Of a DNA stretch of 64,000 bases, positions 27,024 through 40,244 are shown in pieces. Each line of letters starts with the position of its first letter. Position 1 is the first letter of the stretch. A program made the position numbers and the translations under genes. The DNA is taken from assembly GCA_002633005.1 (NCBI GenBank), contig NMRA01000006.1:497000-560999 (forward strand). Reading direction: 5' to 3'. The notes beneath the pieces are model-generated. The model was not told the DNA's origin. It searched no databases and was given only the letters and a program-made list of their open reading frames with translations. This DNA comes from Phoronis australis (taxonomy: Eukaryota; Animalia; Phoronida).

Positions 27024-30000
27024 CTAAGAATGTCTCAGCTTGGTCGACTTTCCTCCACGTTTTGATGATTCCATGCTCTGCGCTTTCTTCGACTGTGTCT
27101 TGTTCTGATTGGTGTATTTCCTGTCGTCTGTTCGACTCATGCGGATCTTATCGCGACAACCCTTGCCCCCCTCCCAGTGCGAGGACGATGAGCGTGTAAC
27201 ATTACTCTCACACCCAATACACGGCTTGTTGGCAAATGGCTGCAAGACAGCAAGAAAACAAATTTTTATATTAACAATTCTGTGCTTCATTTTTCAGTAC
27301 AGTAAAATCTCGCCAATTTCGGAAAAAATAATTGTCACAATCGCCCATTTTAATTTTTCAAGGGATCCCACCATTGTTGCGAACATCCACAATTTTTCAA
27401 AATATTGCCTGTTGTTGATAGCTGTGGAACAGAATTTGAACATGGAAAAGCAATAATTTGGCGGTAAATATCTTTTATGAAAAAATTCGAAAATAAAATT
27501 TCACCTGTCTGCCATATTTTGTCCTACAAGGTGAGATTTTAGTGAAGATGACTGGCAACGTGTTCGAGTACACATGATAACACAAGTCAGGCAACAACAC
27601 TTGATTTTCAAGTACACATGATAATGCAAATCAGGCGTTTCTTTTTAATAAGACAGTTTAAAGCATGATCAGTGCTTGCATTTATAATGCAACAAATTGA
27701 TGGTCGCACACAGAGTATTACAACAGCTCAATAGCTGCTTAGTTTACTGTATAAGCAACCATTAGTAGTATAACAGCAACACTGACGTCAAGCTTTTGTA
27801 TGTACTGTGTATAATTCAACACAGTTGTTACTGTGACATTTCATACAGTAGCCAAACTTCAACGTAATTTTGTTATTTTAGATGTACTGGGCTAACCAGA
27901 CAGTCCTAGCAAAGCCTAAGAAAACACAAGTTCAATCACGCAAATGCTGGCCCGTCAAATGATAAGTGAAGCATGCTGCCTTTTCGTACCATGTTGCGTC
28001 ACCGCGAGATCCCAGCACTAACATCAAGAGGCCGATAATAGTAGTTGTATTAAATAGGGGTCTGAATAGAACACCATCGCAGGAGGGAGTTATTCGCAGC
28101 TATTTGAATTAAAAGGTGATTCTCGCGGTGACACAAGCAAGCCAACACGCCTAAGAGTTTGTTACATTGGGCAATTTATGGCGCTACATGTATTTAGCTC
28201 AGAGCGGTGCTCTTAACATACTGTAGGAACCAAATTTACAGGTGCTATTATTCAAGATAGGCTTTAATGAGTCTGTTTCATACAAAAGTCACTTAAAGTC
28301 ACTTCTTATGAAACAGACTCAAAGTAGTAATTCAGCAGTAGCTCGCTAGTATGTTGTAACTGACATGAAAAATACAATCTCGCCAAATGTGAGAACAATA
28401 CCAGAAATCCCCCGGTGACGAGAGGGTGCCACATACCTGTTCCTTGGCACAGAACCCACAGATCATGCGGCTGGCAAACTTCATTTCATGCTCTTCACCT
28501 TCCTCATGACATATGTCACACGGGTAACACTTGCCACAGCATGGAAAGCGTAACCAACGGTAACTCTTCTTGTAGTGTTTGCACGAGCCGTTGCTCGGCA
28601 ACGGCTCGCCTGCCTTGACAGGGATGTCATTGGGCGGACGTCTGGGTTTTTTGGTGGAAGCTGCGGCATCTTTGTTGGACACTAGTGGTAAAGGTAATTG
28701 GAAAGAATCAATATTAACACCGACCACATTGCACAATAGGTGTCGCTGCTCACCATTAGTTGGGCATGAAAAATGATATCATAATTCAAGACCGAGAAAT
28801 GGTACCAAAGATTGACGAAACTTACACTGAAATGGTAAACTAAAACTTAAAGTGAGGCAATAATCAACCTCTGTGGAACTTACTTTAGGCAATGTTCAAA
28901 TATTGTACAAAATTATATCTTCCAGTTCTCATTGCTACCTTTATCATTTCAATGGACTCATTATTTATGCGTCAAATATACAAAAGTCGTTTGGGATGAC
29001 TTCTGTTGAATTCAATTGTGAACCAAATATTTATCAGCCATTTTCAAGTCTAGTGATGTTCGACTGTTTTGGGAATTTCAAACATCGATTTCTAAAACTA
29101 GCTACTCTGTTGTCTGTGGGCGAGAGAAACGTTTCTCTGATGTTTGATCATCTTTCGAACCACGGAGATATCACTCGGAAATAATGAAGTTTTCCACAAT
29201 TAAGGATTTTGATGTTAATGTAAAAAGCAAAAACGATTTTCACAAAAATAGCAATGACGTGATTATTAATGCCTCTGCAGAGGTTTAAGGTATGTTAACC
29301 ATTCTGGGGTGTCTTTATTTCGAGAGCATACATTCCATCATCAGGATAATAGCTTATAGGCTTCCCACTGTGTTGTATTCAGATCCACTGAGTGTACCTA
29401 CCTACTCTCACTGTTGATTTCATTTCTAGCATGTACACTTAATATGTACCTAATGATGAGACATGTGCTCTCAAAATATAGCACCTATTTTAATTTATCT
29501 GTTTGTCATGTCTACTGGCAGTTTACTTCATGACTGCACACCTGATGATTGAAAACGAGCGAGTGTCTGTGAAGCTATCCAATAGAATCCAATAGAATAC
29601 AATCATGTCTTTAAACGTTCATTGAGCAACATCAAGTAAAATTACAAAATTTGCTTCCAAATACCGTTTTGCCGTGCTAAAAAAGTCCAAAATTGTTCCA
29701 ATCAGTGTCATGAAAAATGTGAACTTTGTTGATTTGAAGTCATTTTCATGCTTTTCAACCTCACTTGAATGTCTATGAAATATTGAAAGCAATTTTTAAT
29801 AAGTCTACCATAACAATATTGGTTTTTAGAATTACTCTTACCTACCACCTGTGCATGCCTAAAATGATAATTACTTTAAATCCTTCCTTTTCACCACTTG
29901 CTGACTAAAAAGTTCATCTGCTGTGAAGAAAGTGATTTCCCACAATCCCTTGATTTATATTTATATTTATATTTATTTGTAAATACGTTAATAGTCTGAG

Positions 30001-33000
30001 GTATTGTCACTCATAAAAAGCCTCTGACCAACACAACTTGTGATGGTGTTATGGTTTAATTCCCCCTTACCCTGCAAGGGGGCACTGGGTTGCAGGTGCT
30101 TGAACAGGACTCTCTGTAGACTGAGCCTCATTTTGGCGTGGCAGTGAAGACACCAAGTGGTCTTTTCCGAACCGTAATACAAATCCTGCAGCAAAAACCA
30201 CAAAACGATGCACACACAGGTCATGGCCCTGAACTTTGCCAGTGCAATCATTGAAAGATTCTACACGAAAGATTCTGCACCCCATTTCAGCTTTTAAACA
30301 GATAACAATAAAACGGGATTGCTATTTTTGGAAAAAAATTGCTCTGTAACGCACAACACTGAACAGTTTGGAACAATGAAAGCTCCTTCAAAATTCCTAA
30401 AATGCCAAGAATGGCTATTTCGCGAAATCAAAGGGGATTTCCCCCTTCTTTAGCAATCAATGCTGAATTCTTCACCAAAGCACATTGAGGTTTAAAATTG
30501 TTACCAAATTCATCCAATCTCAAACTGTTGTGAAATGAGCTGCTCAACTCAAGTCACTGTAAATATGCGACTATATCGTTTTTTTTTGAATTCCCAATTT
30601 TAGGGTGGCCAATTAACTTCAATAACTTCTGAAGCGTTTCCTGACTTACCAATGGCTTTGATGAATTTGTTCATGAAAAATAGAGTCCCAACATGTTATG
30701 GAATATTACGAAACCGATTTAATGACCTTAAATGGCTCCATTCATGTTTTCTGGAAGCTGCATACGGCTAAATTAAGTTCAAAGCAACGACTCAGGTGTG
30801 CCCACCTTAAACCACATGGCCCAATTTGTGATGCAACGAGGAAGTGTTTCAGTTGAATAATGCTAGCCGAATAAAGCTTTTTTCTCTCAGGGAATGAACC
30901 AATTCAATAGAATCATGGTAGGTGACAGAGTTAAATTTCAGGGCTTTCACTAAAGCAAGGTTAGGAAAGATTCTTTTATTGTGCACAGGTAATGAACTTT
31001 TGCCATAAAGCCGACTCCCCCAGATAAGTAGACAACAAGTGTAACTGGGAGTCGTTAGCACAGCCCTCACTATGGTCGTTAGCTTGGGTTGGAAATCTGC
31101 GACAAACAGCAAATCATCACTGCACGAGGTATTTTTTAAATTATAGCACATGCAATAAAGCAACATTTCATTATTACACCACATGTGGTATTTTTAAATG
31201 GAATACTCACGAGTCTATAGTCGGTTGTGGGGTCTGCTTAAAATAAGCAGGCCAGTCAACCGGTCAATGACTAGTTTTCAACCGCTCAGACAAAAATTTA
31301 TGACCTGCGCTGTAAGCCATTTCATGTAAAAGGAGCATCATGTTCTCCGAACCCCAAAACAACTTCATTATCATAATTACTTTATGGGGTTAGAATTCGA
31401 AATTTTGCCTCAGTCTATGCATTTCGTCACCAATATCTCATGAATGAGTCGCCCCAGTGTATCCACTGCTGGGCCAAGGGCTAAGCTGTGAACTCCGTGA
31501 ACTCCAACTTCAACTTTGAATTATTTCTAGCATACTCCACTCTTCATTTCGTACAAACTCAAGGTAAGTGGCAGAGACTATGTGCCAGGGCAATCACTGG
31601 TTTATTTAGACGAGTTTCTGGCCCACTTTGCACTCGGTGGCCCCCAATTCAAGGAAACAATTTGAAATTAAAGACTTGAGATAGACTCGACTTTACAGCT
31701 TTAGCAGTGGGGTCACCAGGTGCAAACTAAGGTCAGACATTCATCCACCAAAAACCACATTTTCAAGCATAAAGTAAATGCTTTACATTAAACTTCTTGG
31801 CATAAAAGTAGAACAGAAACACATTTCAACTGGACTTTAAGTTCGGAGATTAAACCCCAAGACCTTGATTTTACGAAAGTCACCTTCTCAAAATACATTC
31901 ATCTTGTGCAAATACAAACATTACGACATCAGCCTGTACTTACATTAAGTTTTTCATTTTTGTTACACTCCAAACACGAGACGACGAAGTCACATCTGGC
32001 CAACAGTAACTCAAACGGCTGGCAGCCTTCAAGGTCAAGGTAGCCACACACATGTGAGTAGGGGTGCATGAGAGAGGTGTGATAACACAGCACGAGGGCG
32101 TGGCCGCACCTTGTACACTGGGATCTGCACGCTTTCTCTGGCTGGGTCTCAAAGTCGTGCCTGGATAACACAGGAGTATTGAGAAGATCGATTGCCTTTT
32201 GAGTTCACACGCTTAGTGAATAAATCAAACGGTCAACTTGAAATTAAAAATACACGATATTCAACATGAGACACAGAAATGGATAGATGGATAAGTCACC
32301 AAGAGTGACTAACTTGTTAGCGCATAATTTTTGCCAAATTATAGTTGCACAGCTCCACATTTTTGCCATAGCCATGACATTCCTGACTTGTACCAAAAAT
32401 CTATGTAACGCAAACAGCTCATGGAACACACTTACGCAAGTCTGGCTTTGTGGAAACAGTACAACTTAAGTCTATTGCCAGCGAGAATATTTGTGCATCT
32501 GCTTGGTGTCCCAGTTCATGACAAAGCACTAAACTCTGGGTGTTGGAGAAATTTTGTGCTAAAGCATGATTGAATGACAGGATGAAGTGAAAGTTTCAAT
32601 TACCCTTAAACAATAGAACGCCAAGTAATGCAGAAGCACCACTTAGGAAGGGACCCACGGTCTAATCTTTGAACTATGAATTATTTTGATATTTGTCTAT
32701 AATTCTCTGCTGGAGTACACTACAGTGATATTCTCTAATCGTTCAAGAATGATGTTGATACCAGTAGATATGTTTTCACATTTAAATCAACCCAGTCGAG
32801 GTGTTCAAATCTATTTACCTGTTCTTGCACCGACTACACTGTACTGTTATGGCGAGTCGTGAGCACGCCAACGAAGCTGTTGCATCTAATAGCTGCAGAC
32901 CTCGAAACTCCACCTCAGTTCCGCGTGCTTTCACTGAGCCAACGTCTGCACCTTGAGTACCAGCGGTGGCTCCAGTCAATCCACATTCTACATCACCGTC

Positions 33001-36000
33001 GGGCTGATTCTCGTTATTTTTGTCGGAACTATGGTCAGAGTCGTCATCTTTCCCTGTGGGGGGCCGGCCTGCCTCGGGTCCGTTGAGGGTAGGGTCGTGA
33101 GCTGTGCAGTCAGGCAGAGATTCCCGCAACTGCTGCATGGGCACAATCTGAATTCCCACTGCCTCGGCCATTAACTCTTTTTTTCTCTAAATAATGATAA
33201 CAGCTCAGCAACAAAGCTACTATTGGTAAAATTACTATTTCTTTACAATACCTGTTTCAAAAATATTTTAGTTCAGAAATCCAGTACCATCCGCAAGACT
33301 TAGTGCAACTCGGATACGAGGGTTACACACTCGTTCATTACGTTTTTGGTCAATAACATGTGACATATGGTTAAGAGTACACACGTATTTCTAGGATTAG
33401 TAAAAATTTCTCATTTCAACTTGCTATAAAAAAAACAGTGCTTAAACTGTTTCAGTAATCTTTAAGTGCCACAAAAAACTTAGTATGTTGGATCACAGCA
33501 GTAGTTTCCAAATAGTAAACAAGTCATAATATTCTTGACACAAAATTTCAGGGCAAGGAATTTCAGACAATTTTAATAGAACTTGAACAAAGTGATAACA
33601 CCGTATGAAATTCATCACCTTCGCACATTACAATGAATACTACAAATCTATGACTGCAACCGAGCTTTAACTGTACCCTACCCCCCATTTACCGCGTATC
33701 AGGGTAATGGGAGTTGATATGTGAAACCAAGACCTGATAGCGCCAGACTATACCCTGTAATGGCACGCTCTAACAAAAACTGAAGAGAGTGCCTCAGCCT
33801 TGCTACTAGGCTATTCAGGACTGCCTGCAAGTAAAGGGGGGGGTGCAGCACTGGTTGCGCCGTGTGTAAACTAAAGGAAGCAACAGTGGTGGATCATTCA
33901 CTTACTCGTCTGAGGCCCTCAGTAAATGTCTCCTCAAGGTTTCGGTCAAGCCATCGCAGGAAAGGACGGAAGCATGTCTCGACCTCCCCACTGGCGGTGA
34001 GCTGCTTCTCCCGGTCAACAACCCACTCTCTGATGATACGGTCGACATACCTAGCATGGAACGAAGAACAGAGAGTCATTACGTCTTCAAGAATAACAAA
34101 GCAACACAACACAATAAACGCTAATATTAAAGTCCACGAGTTCAAGCCGTCTGCATAGGGTCAGCCATCTATTGTGCAGTAGTTCTCGAAATACACTTAG
34201 ACAAATTTAATTGATGGAAATCTTCAAAACTCTGCTGAACCTGGATAGACTTCTTGCCAGTATTATTAGGAAGTTTAGTTGAATTTATGCAGCAATAAGA
34301 TTACAGCGTGTCTCTTGAACTTTGGTTGTTCTTTAACATCATGTTAGCCACTGGTTCATTACTGAAATAACTTGCACATCATGGTTTCAATAAAGTTCAT
34401 ACATGGAACGCCACCTGTTGAGATTTTATTGAGATTCAGCCAGTCTGAGAATTGAAAAGCAATCCATTAAAAAAGGCCACTGTTAGGAGCACCAAAAGTC
34501 CTTCAAATTCCAACATTGTCCAGTTTAATTTGAGAATTACTGTTTGTGCACTGGTGTTATACTCCAAATTTTGTCAGACAGTGTGTACTACTACCCGTTT
34601 TTAATATTTCTTCATTCATTAGTTCAGGATAAATTGCAAACACGTCAACATCTACAATTTTGTATTAGTCAGGCTTCGCTGACGCGCTATTTTAAATACG
34701 TGTTGTTTTGAGCGACTGTTTCGCATAGAGCTACACATACAGACGGGTTTTCTCATGCCCGCCGTATTAGCATTAGGTGTTCATTGTCTAACATAGAACA
34801 ACTTTCGCCTTACCATAGTTATCGGATATATGTGAGTGTGTGGACACTCCACTTCAAGATGGGGTAAGTTGCACTAGTGCAAGTTGTTCTAGGGTAGGCT
34901 GTTTGTGGATGGGACTTAAGTAAGAAACCAATTTGTGAACTGTACGTGTAGTATATCAAAAGCTATGTTTTGACAAAAATGCCGGTTTATAGCGCCTTTA
35001 ATTAATTACACAGTGTAATAATTTAATTACCAAGTCCAGCACTCGATTTGGTGGCCTGCAAGTCACCAATATGACCTCAGATTGTTTGGCGGCCTGGGAA
35101 AAATTCCAAGTTGCCAGGAAGTCAGTACTGTGAGTTTCAAAGTCCTACAATAATTCCCTCTAAATTTGTTTCAAAGTTTGTGTTGACTTCCAAACTTTAA
35201 ATTACTAACAGTTTTCTTAGAGTTATTGCCCTCGATTCAAAATTGTTCCACTTATTTCGTGAAATCAGCCTACACGGCACCATGCTTAAATTACAACAGG
35301 AAGTAAACAGAGAGAAGTCGGAATTGTTCGACAAAAATCGGGCAAGATTGGTGAAATTCGCGCTTCCAGTCAACGGGTTGATTGGACAGTACTAAGGCAA
35401 GAAACTTTTGCTGAGTTCACTCAAGATGAATTTTGCCTAATTTATTCACAACAAAATACCTGTGTAAAACACCAGGAAGTGCTGGATCCTGACACAAACG
35501 GATGTGAAACAACTGAAATTTAAAAAAAAACAGCAACATTTTACAAAAGCCTCAATCTGAACTACTTAGGAACAGAAAGGATGAGACATGACAATAGAAT
35601 AACTGCGATAACGCAGTACGTATTGCAAAGATCTCCTCTTCAGGGAGAGAATTTTATAATGTTAGTGAAAACATAAGGCAGACCACCATCTTGAGGTTAG
35701 CAGATATTGCGAAACACTAAAAAGTAAGAAAAATCTGTCACATAAAAAAATCAATCCGAATGTTTCCCTATGGTGCCGGGTACTTCTGCTTAAAGGCGAA
35801 GGCAACCTTTTTCCATGTCATTTTGAGCTAAAATAAGGTTGGTTGGTTATCCTAGACATATTTTTCACTTAATTACAGCTTTTCGTAATTTTATTAATTA
35901 TTCTTCCGCTTTTCCGGAAGTGACGTTTTAGGAGGCAAGCGCTTCCCGCCAATTTCTTTTCACATAGTCTGACTGTGAGAGCTGCCGAGTCAGTCATTGA

Positions 36001-39000
36001 TCTACCTCAGTTGTGTTAAGTTCCGTCGTCGTTCGCTTTCATTTACTAGTCAGTCAACATGCCACACTGTTGCTGCGTACCGGGATGTAGTAATTATCGG
36101 CTCACGCGCGCTTTGGGAGTGCCTTTGCATCGCTTTCCGATGGATGACACACTTCGCCGTACTTGGCTCNNNNNNNNNNNNNNNNNNNNNNNNNNNNNNN
36201 NNNNNNNNNNNNNNNNNNNNNNNNNNNNNNNNNNNNNNNNNNNNNNNNNNNNNNNNNNNNNNNNNNNNNNNNNNNNNNNNNNNNNNNNNNNNNNNNNNNN
36301 NNNNNNNNNNNNNNNNNNNNNNNNNNNNNNNNNNNNNNNNNNNNNNNNNNNNNNNNNNNNNNNNNNNNNNNNNNNNNNNNNNNNNNNNNNNNNNNNNNNN
36401 NNNNNNNNNNNNNNNNNNNNNNNNNNNNNNNNNNNNNNNNNNNNNNNNNNNNNNNNNNNNNNNNNNNNNNNNNNNNNNNNNNNNNNNNNNNNNNNNNNNN
36501 NNNNNNNNNNNNNNNNNNNNNNNNNNNNNNNNNNNNNNNNNNNNNNNNNNNNNNNNNNNNNNNNNNNNNNNNNNNNNNNNNNNNNNNNNNNNNNNNNNNN
36601 NNNNNNNNNNNNNNNNNNNNNNNNNNNNNNNNNNNNNNNNNNNNNNNNNNNNNNNNNNNNNNNNNNNNNNNNNNNNNNNNNNNNNNNNNNNNNNNNNNNN
36701 NNNNNNNNNNNNNNNNNNNNNNNNNNNNNNNNNNNNNNNNNNNNNNNNNNNNNNNNNNNNNNNNNNNNNNNNNNNNNNNNNNNNNNNNNNNNNNNNNNNN
36801 NNNNNNNNNNNNNNNNNNNNNNNNNNNNNNNNNNNNNNNNNNNNNNNNNNNNNNNNNNNNNNNNNNNNNNNNNNNNNACCACTGCTGTGAACAAGGTCTC
36901 CGTCACTCACACTACTGTCACTGTGATACGGGTCACCGACTCCAGCCATTTTCAGCTTACAACACACTAAACAATCCCTAAATCCAACGCAGTTGAGTTC
37001 TCTACTAACCTATCTTGCCGCAGAATACTCGCCGATGGAAAGTGGTGGCGACAATTGGTGAAAAATAGCACAAAACAAAAGTAGAATAGAACAGATTCGC
37101 ACAGTAAGCTCAACGAAAAACCAAGTGGCGGGAAGCGCTTGCCTCCTAAAACGTCACTTCCGGAAAAGCGGACGAGTAATTAATAAAATTACGAAAAGCT
37201 GTAATTAAGTGAAAAATATGTCTAGGATAACCAACCAACCTTATTTTAGCTCAAAATGACATGGAAAAAGGTTGCCTTCGCCTTTAAAGCAGAAGTGACT
37301 GGCAATGAATCACCACTTGGTGTTCACAATGCCAGAAATTTAAATCTAACACACCTTCTTGGGATAGTCAGGCGGAAAAGTCACACCCATCTGTACTTCT
37401 TTGACATCGTATGGCCAGTCAGGGTCGGTGGGTGCAAAGGTCACTTTGAATTGACCGTCGCCAAGTTCACTGAACTGTGGGAACCGTTTCTTCAGTTGGG
37501 TGATTTCTCTGTCCCTCATCAATTTCTGGTCTTCATCAGAAAAATTCTCAAGCTGAATGAAAATTGACACAAATTCCTAGTTAAAACACACAAATAACTC
37601 CAATCGCTTATCATCTTGAGAAAAATAAAAAGAGCACATCAAAAAATTAAGAAATTTTGAGAAAGCAAAACTGATAGTTTTAGTGACTTTGAAAACTAAA
37701 TTTACTTAAGAAAATTGTTGTGAAACATTTTTATCCAAACATGAGGGTGGTGAAGGCGATACAGTGTGAACCAGCAATAGTTGGATATAACGTGCCAGCA
37801 TTTTGAGAACTAGTTTCATGACTGTAATTCAGTGGAGGAAACTGTTTCTCAAAATGCATGCATGTTATATCCTATTGTTACCGTGTGAACCTGCTTTCTG
37901 TCCAAATTAACTTTTGATTTAGACCAGAATTGGTCTCAAAATGTCCCTTCTGGACTTTGGAAGAGCCAACAGATTGTTACTGCTTGAAATCAGGTCCGTT
38001 TTCTTGGCCGCACCAAGCAGATATTTTCATCATGATGTCCACAAGCACTGACAGTTAGTTCTTCCCAAGCCATGTACAATTGGCCTATCACCAGAATTTT
38101 GAGTGACGGCTTAACTGACCAATCAGAATGCAGCATACGCAACACACCTTCAATTCCAAGCTGCCATTTTACCCAACAAGCAACACGTTGCCGGGTAAAA
38201 CTTTTTGTTTGTTTGACAACATTTCGCAAGGGGGCAGAGCTTGCGATAGGTTAATTACAGATCACTCCTCGTCAGAGTAAGGAGCAATCTAAGAACAGTT
38301 TCAGAAGTAAAGTCTGTACTTTAATCTAAAAATAAACCAGACAAAATCAAAATTTGACAAAGAATCGGTGCATGAAACTGCAACTTAGTCTCAGTTTCAA
38401 ATCTGGCTAAATTTTGACAAGTGTTGCTCCGAGCAATTTGTCAAAATCACCACAATTTACAGTGAAATCCCATTCACAACTACACATTGGCTATACAGGC
38501 AGAATTATATCGTAACTGGGACTAAATTGAGATGAAAATGTTAACTTGTTATGGCAAAATATTGACCAAACCATGAAATTAAGTCAAGTGGCGGCACGAT
38601 TTTGTCATGGTTTTGTGGACTCTGCAGAGTTCTGTCAGTTGAAAGTTATGTTCATTTTACTTTGAAAATTACTGAAAGTGGTCTAAACCAAAAGCCGAAA
38701 TCTTCGACAAAAGGCAGGTTCATTGCAGCTGACAATTCAATAACACATGTATGCTGCATATAATCTGAGTGCGAGCAGCACATGCTTAACAGTAAGCTTA
38801 AACTGTACGTAAGATATCCACACCTTGACTTTATCCATAACCTTTCTTTTCATGGGCTGAACACCTGAGACAGGAGTTGTCCTCGTTCTCTTCAACCAAT
38901 CATTTTCATCGTCCACTTTAAGTAGACTATCCAACACTGGATGTTTAAATCTGCATTTCTCTCCCTTGCTGCAACGCCCTTGTTTAAAGTACCGGCAAAG

Positions 39001-39576
39001 TCGAGGCTGTTTTCCGCTGTTGACTGCTGACTTCTTAGATTCGTTTTCCTTAAGGCAACACACATCGTTGCCCAACTCTTCAGCTTCATTTTGTTTCTGA
39101 CTACCTGCTTCCTGCGTTTTCTCAGGACATGTTTTATCGTTTTTATTTCGTAGTTGACTGCTGTCGACCTCAGCTTTTACGATGGCATGGATGAATTTAC
39201 AACGCTCACCCCTCCAACACTTTTTACCCGTGCTGTAATATCGACACAGTTTTCTTTCATCATTGTCTTGCTCTGTGTGCTTGCCAGAAACCACAGTAAC
39301 AGCATCGCTTTCTGTATCATTTAATTGTGGATCGCTTCCCTCGGCTTCAGCAGACTTTCTGTCTTGTAAGTTGCCAGCACCTTTTACAGCACTACTGTGG
39401 CTGAAATGACATCTTACTCCATAGCGACAGCGGCCAGTCCTTGCAAAGTATTGGCAAACAGGCAACTCAGTTACAGCAGCGGCTGTCTCACTCTCACTAG
39501 ATTCACTGGACTGGCATTTTCTCATTGCAGACGAAACTTCGATTTTTTCACTTCCCAGACTTAGGTTACTGGTCAT
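27024..39576 (-). CDS. Uncharacterised 3xCCCH zinc finger + RWD/UBC-like + CHY zinc finger protein (S. pombe C18H10.09-like family), 9 coding exons, 769 aa
   Basis: Minus-strand exons 39576-38824, 37552-37355, 35512-35460, 34050-33906, 33186-32819, 32160-31944, 30185-30071, 28681-28437, 27239-27024; all GT-AG and phase-compatible, 2310 nt. Three C-x7/8-C-x5-C-x3-H fingers; FAPTDPDWPYDV..FPPDYP; FRPFLRWLDRNLE; multiple CxxC pairs; CHY motif CKHYKKSYRWLRFPCCGKCYPCDICH..MICGFC; HWEGGKGCRDKIRMSR. Probable non-coding 5' exon with donor at about 39755. Confidence 0.9.
28269..28320. repeat. 52-bp mini inverted-repeat element
   Basis: 14-bp TIR gagtctgtttcata...tatgaaacagactc with internal aagtcactt x2; similar termini at about 17175 and about 51730. 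Confidence 0.6.
35794..37283 (+). mobile_element. Kolobok-superfamily DNA transposon (interior hidden by N gap), in an intron of the CHY gene
   Basis: Near-identical 158-bp TIRs at 35794-35951 and 37126-37283 beginning AGGCGAAGG; TTAA TSD at 35790-35793 and 37284-37287; THAP N-terminus at 36059 (MPHCCCVPGCSN..LHRFP.D..RRTWL). Confidence 0.85.
36059..36169 (+). CDS. THAP zinc finger N-terminus of a probable Kolobok transposase (truncated by gap)
   Basis: MPHCCCVPGCSNYRLTRALGVPLHRFPMDDTLRRTWL fits the THAP C-x4-C...FP...W consensus; runs into the N gap at 36170. Confidence 0.75.
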
Positions 39577-40244
39577 CAACTGGTTTGTGGTTTGAGAAAA
39601 GATGCGTAATGAAGTTATTTTGAAAAACAACACGTGACTCTTAAAACGACTCCAGTCACTCGTTTTTGGAAACGCCACAACTAGACGGATTGGCAACTAT
39701 TGAACAACCACTCCACTAACTAAACCTTTTTTAAACTCGAACAGTGTCCGCTCACTTGTTGCGCCAGTTAAGATCCCTTTATGTTTTATACTAATTCTCT
39801 GTTGTGCAACTAGGTGAATTTTGCAATATCCCAGGTGCCGTGCTGTTATCAAGTGTTTTTATCTTCCACTTGGCCGGGTCAGTCAGTTATCTTCTTGCAT
39901 CACTGTTGTGAAATTTTCACCGGAAAAGCCAAAACCAAATCACCGAGCATTTACCGGAAAATAATGCGCATTTAAAGATGTGCCATAAAATACGAATATA
40001 GAATATATTTTTATCATGTTTACTTTTAAGAAAGTTGATAAGATCTCTCTGCACAAAACAGGAAAGTAATTAAAGAACTAAGATACGGTTTATGGTGAAT
40101 GTTGTTCTCGTTCACTGCGTAGGCATTTTGTAACGATTTTACAGTGACATCTATCGCAAGAGTCAAGTTTAATGAAAACAGAGACCTCTACCGGGTTTAT
40201 GAGAAGCACGACATGAACCCGCTGTGCGTGAACCATGACAGTGT

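Noticed and set aside
34810-35100. Alternative candidate exons of the CHY gene (about 60 and 63 nt)
   Set aside because: Wrong phase to bridge the flanking exons; the 53-nt exon 35512-35460 restores the frame.
35997-36981. Five 270-305 aa ORFs in the ORF track
   Set aside because: Artefacts of translating through the N gap; only the THAP start and the opposite-strand start are informative.
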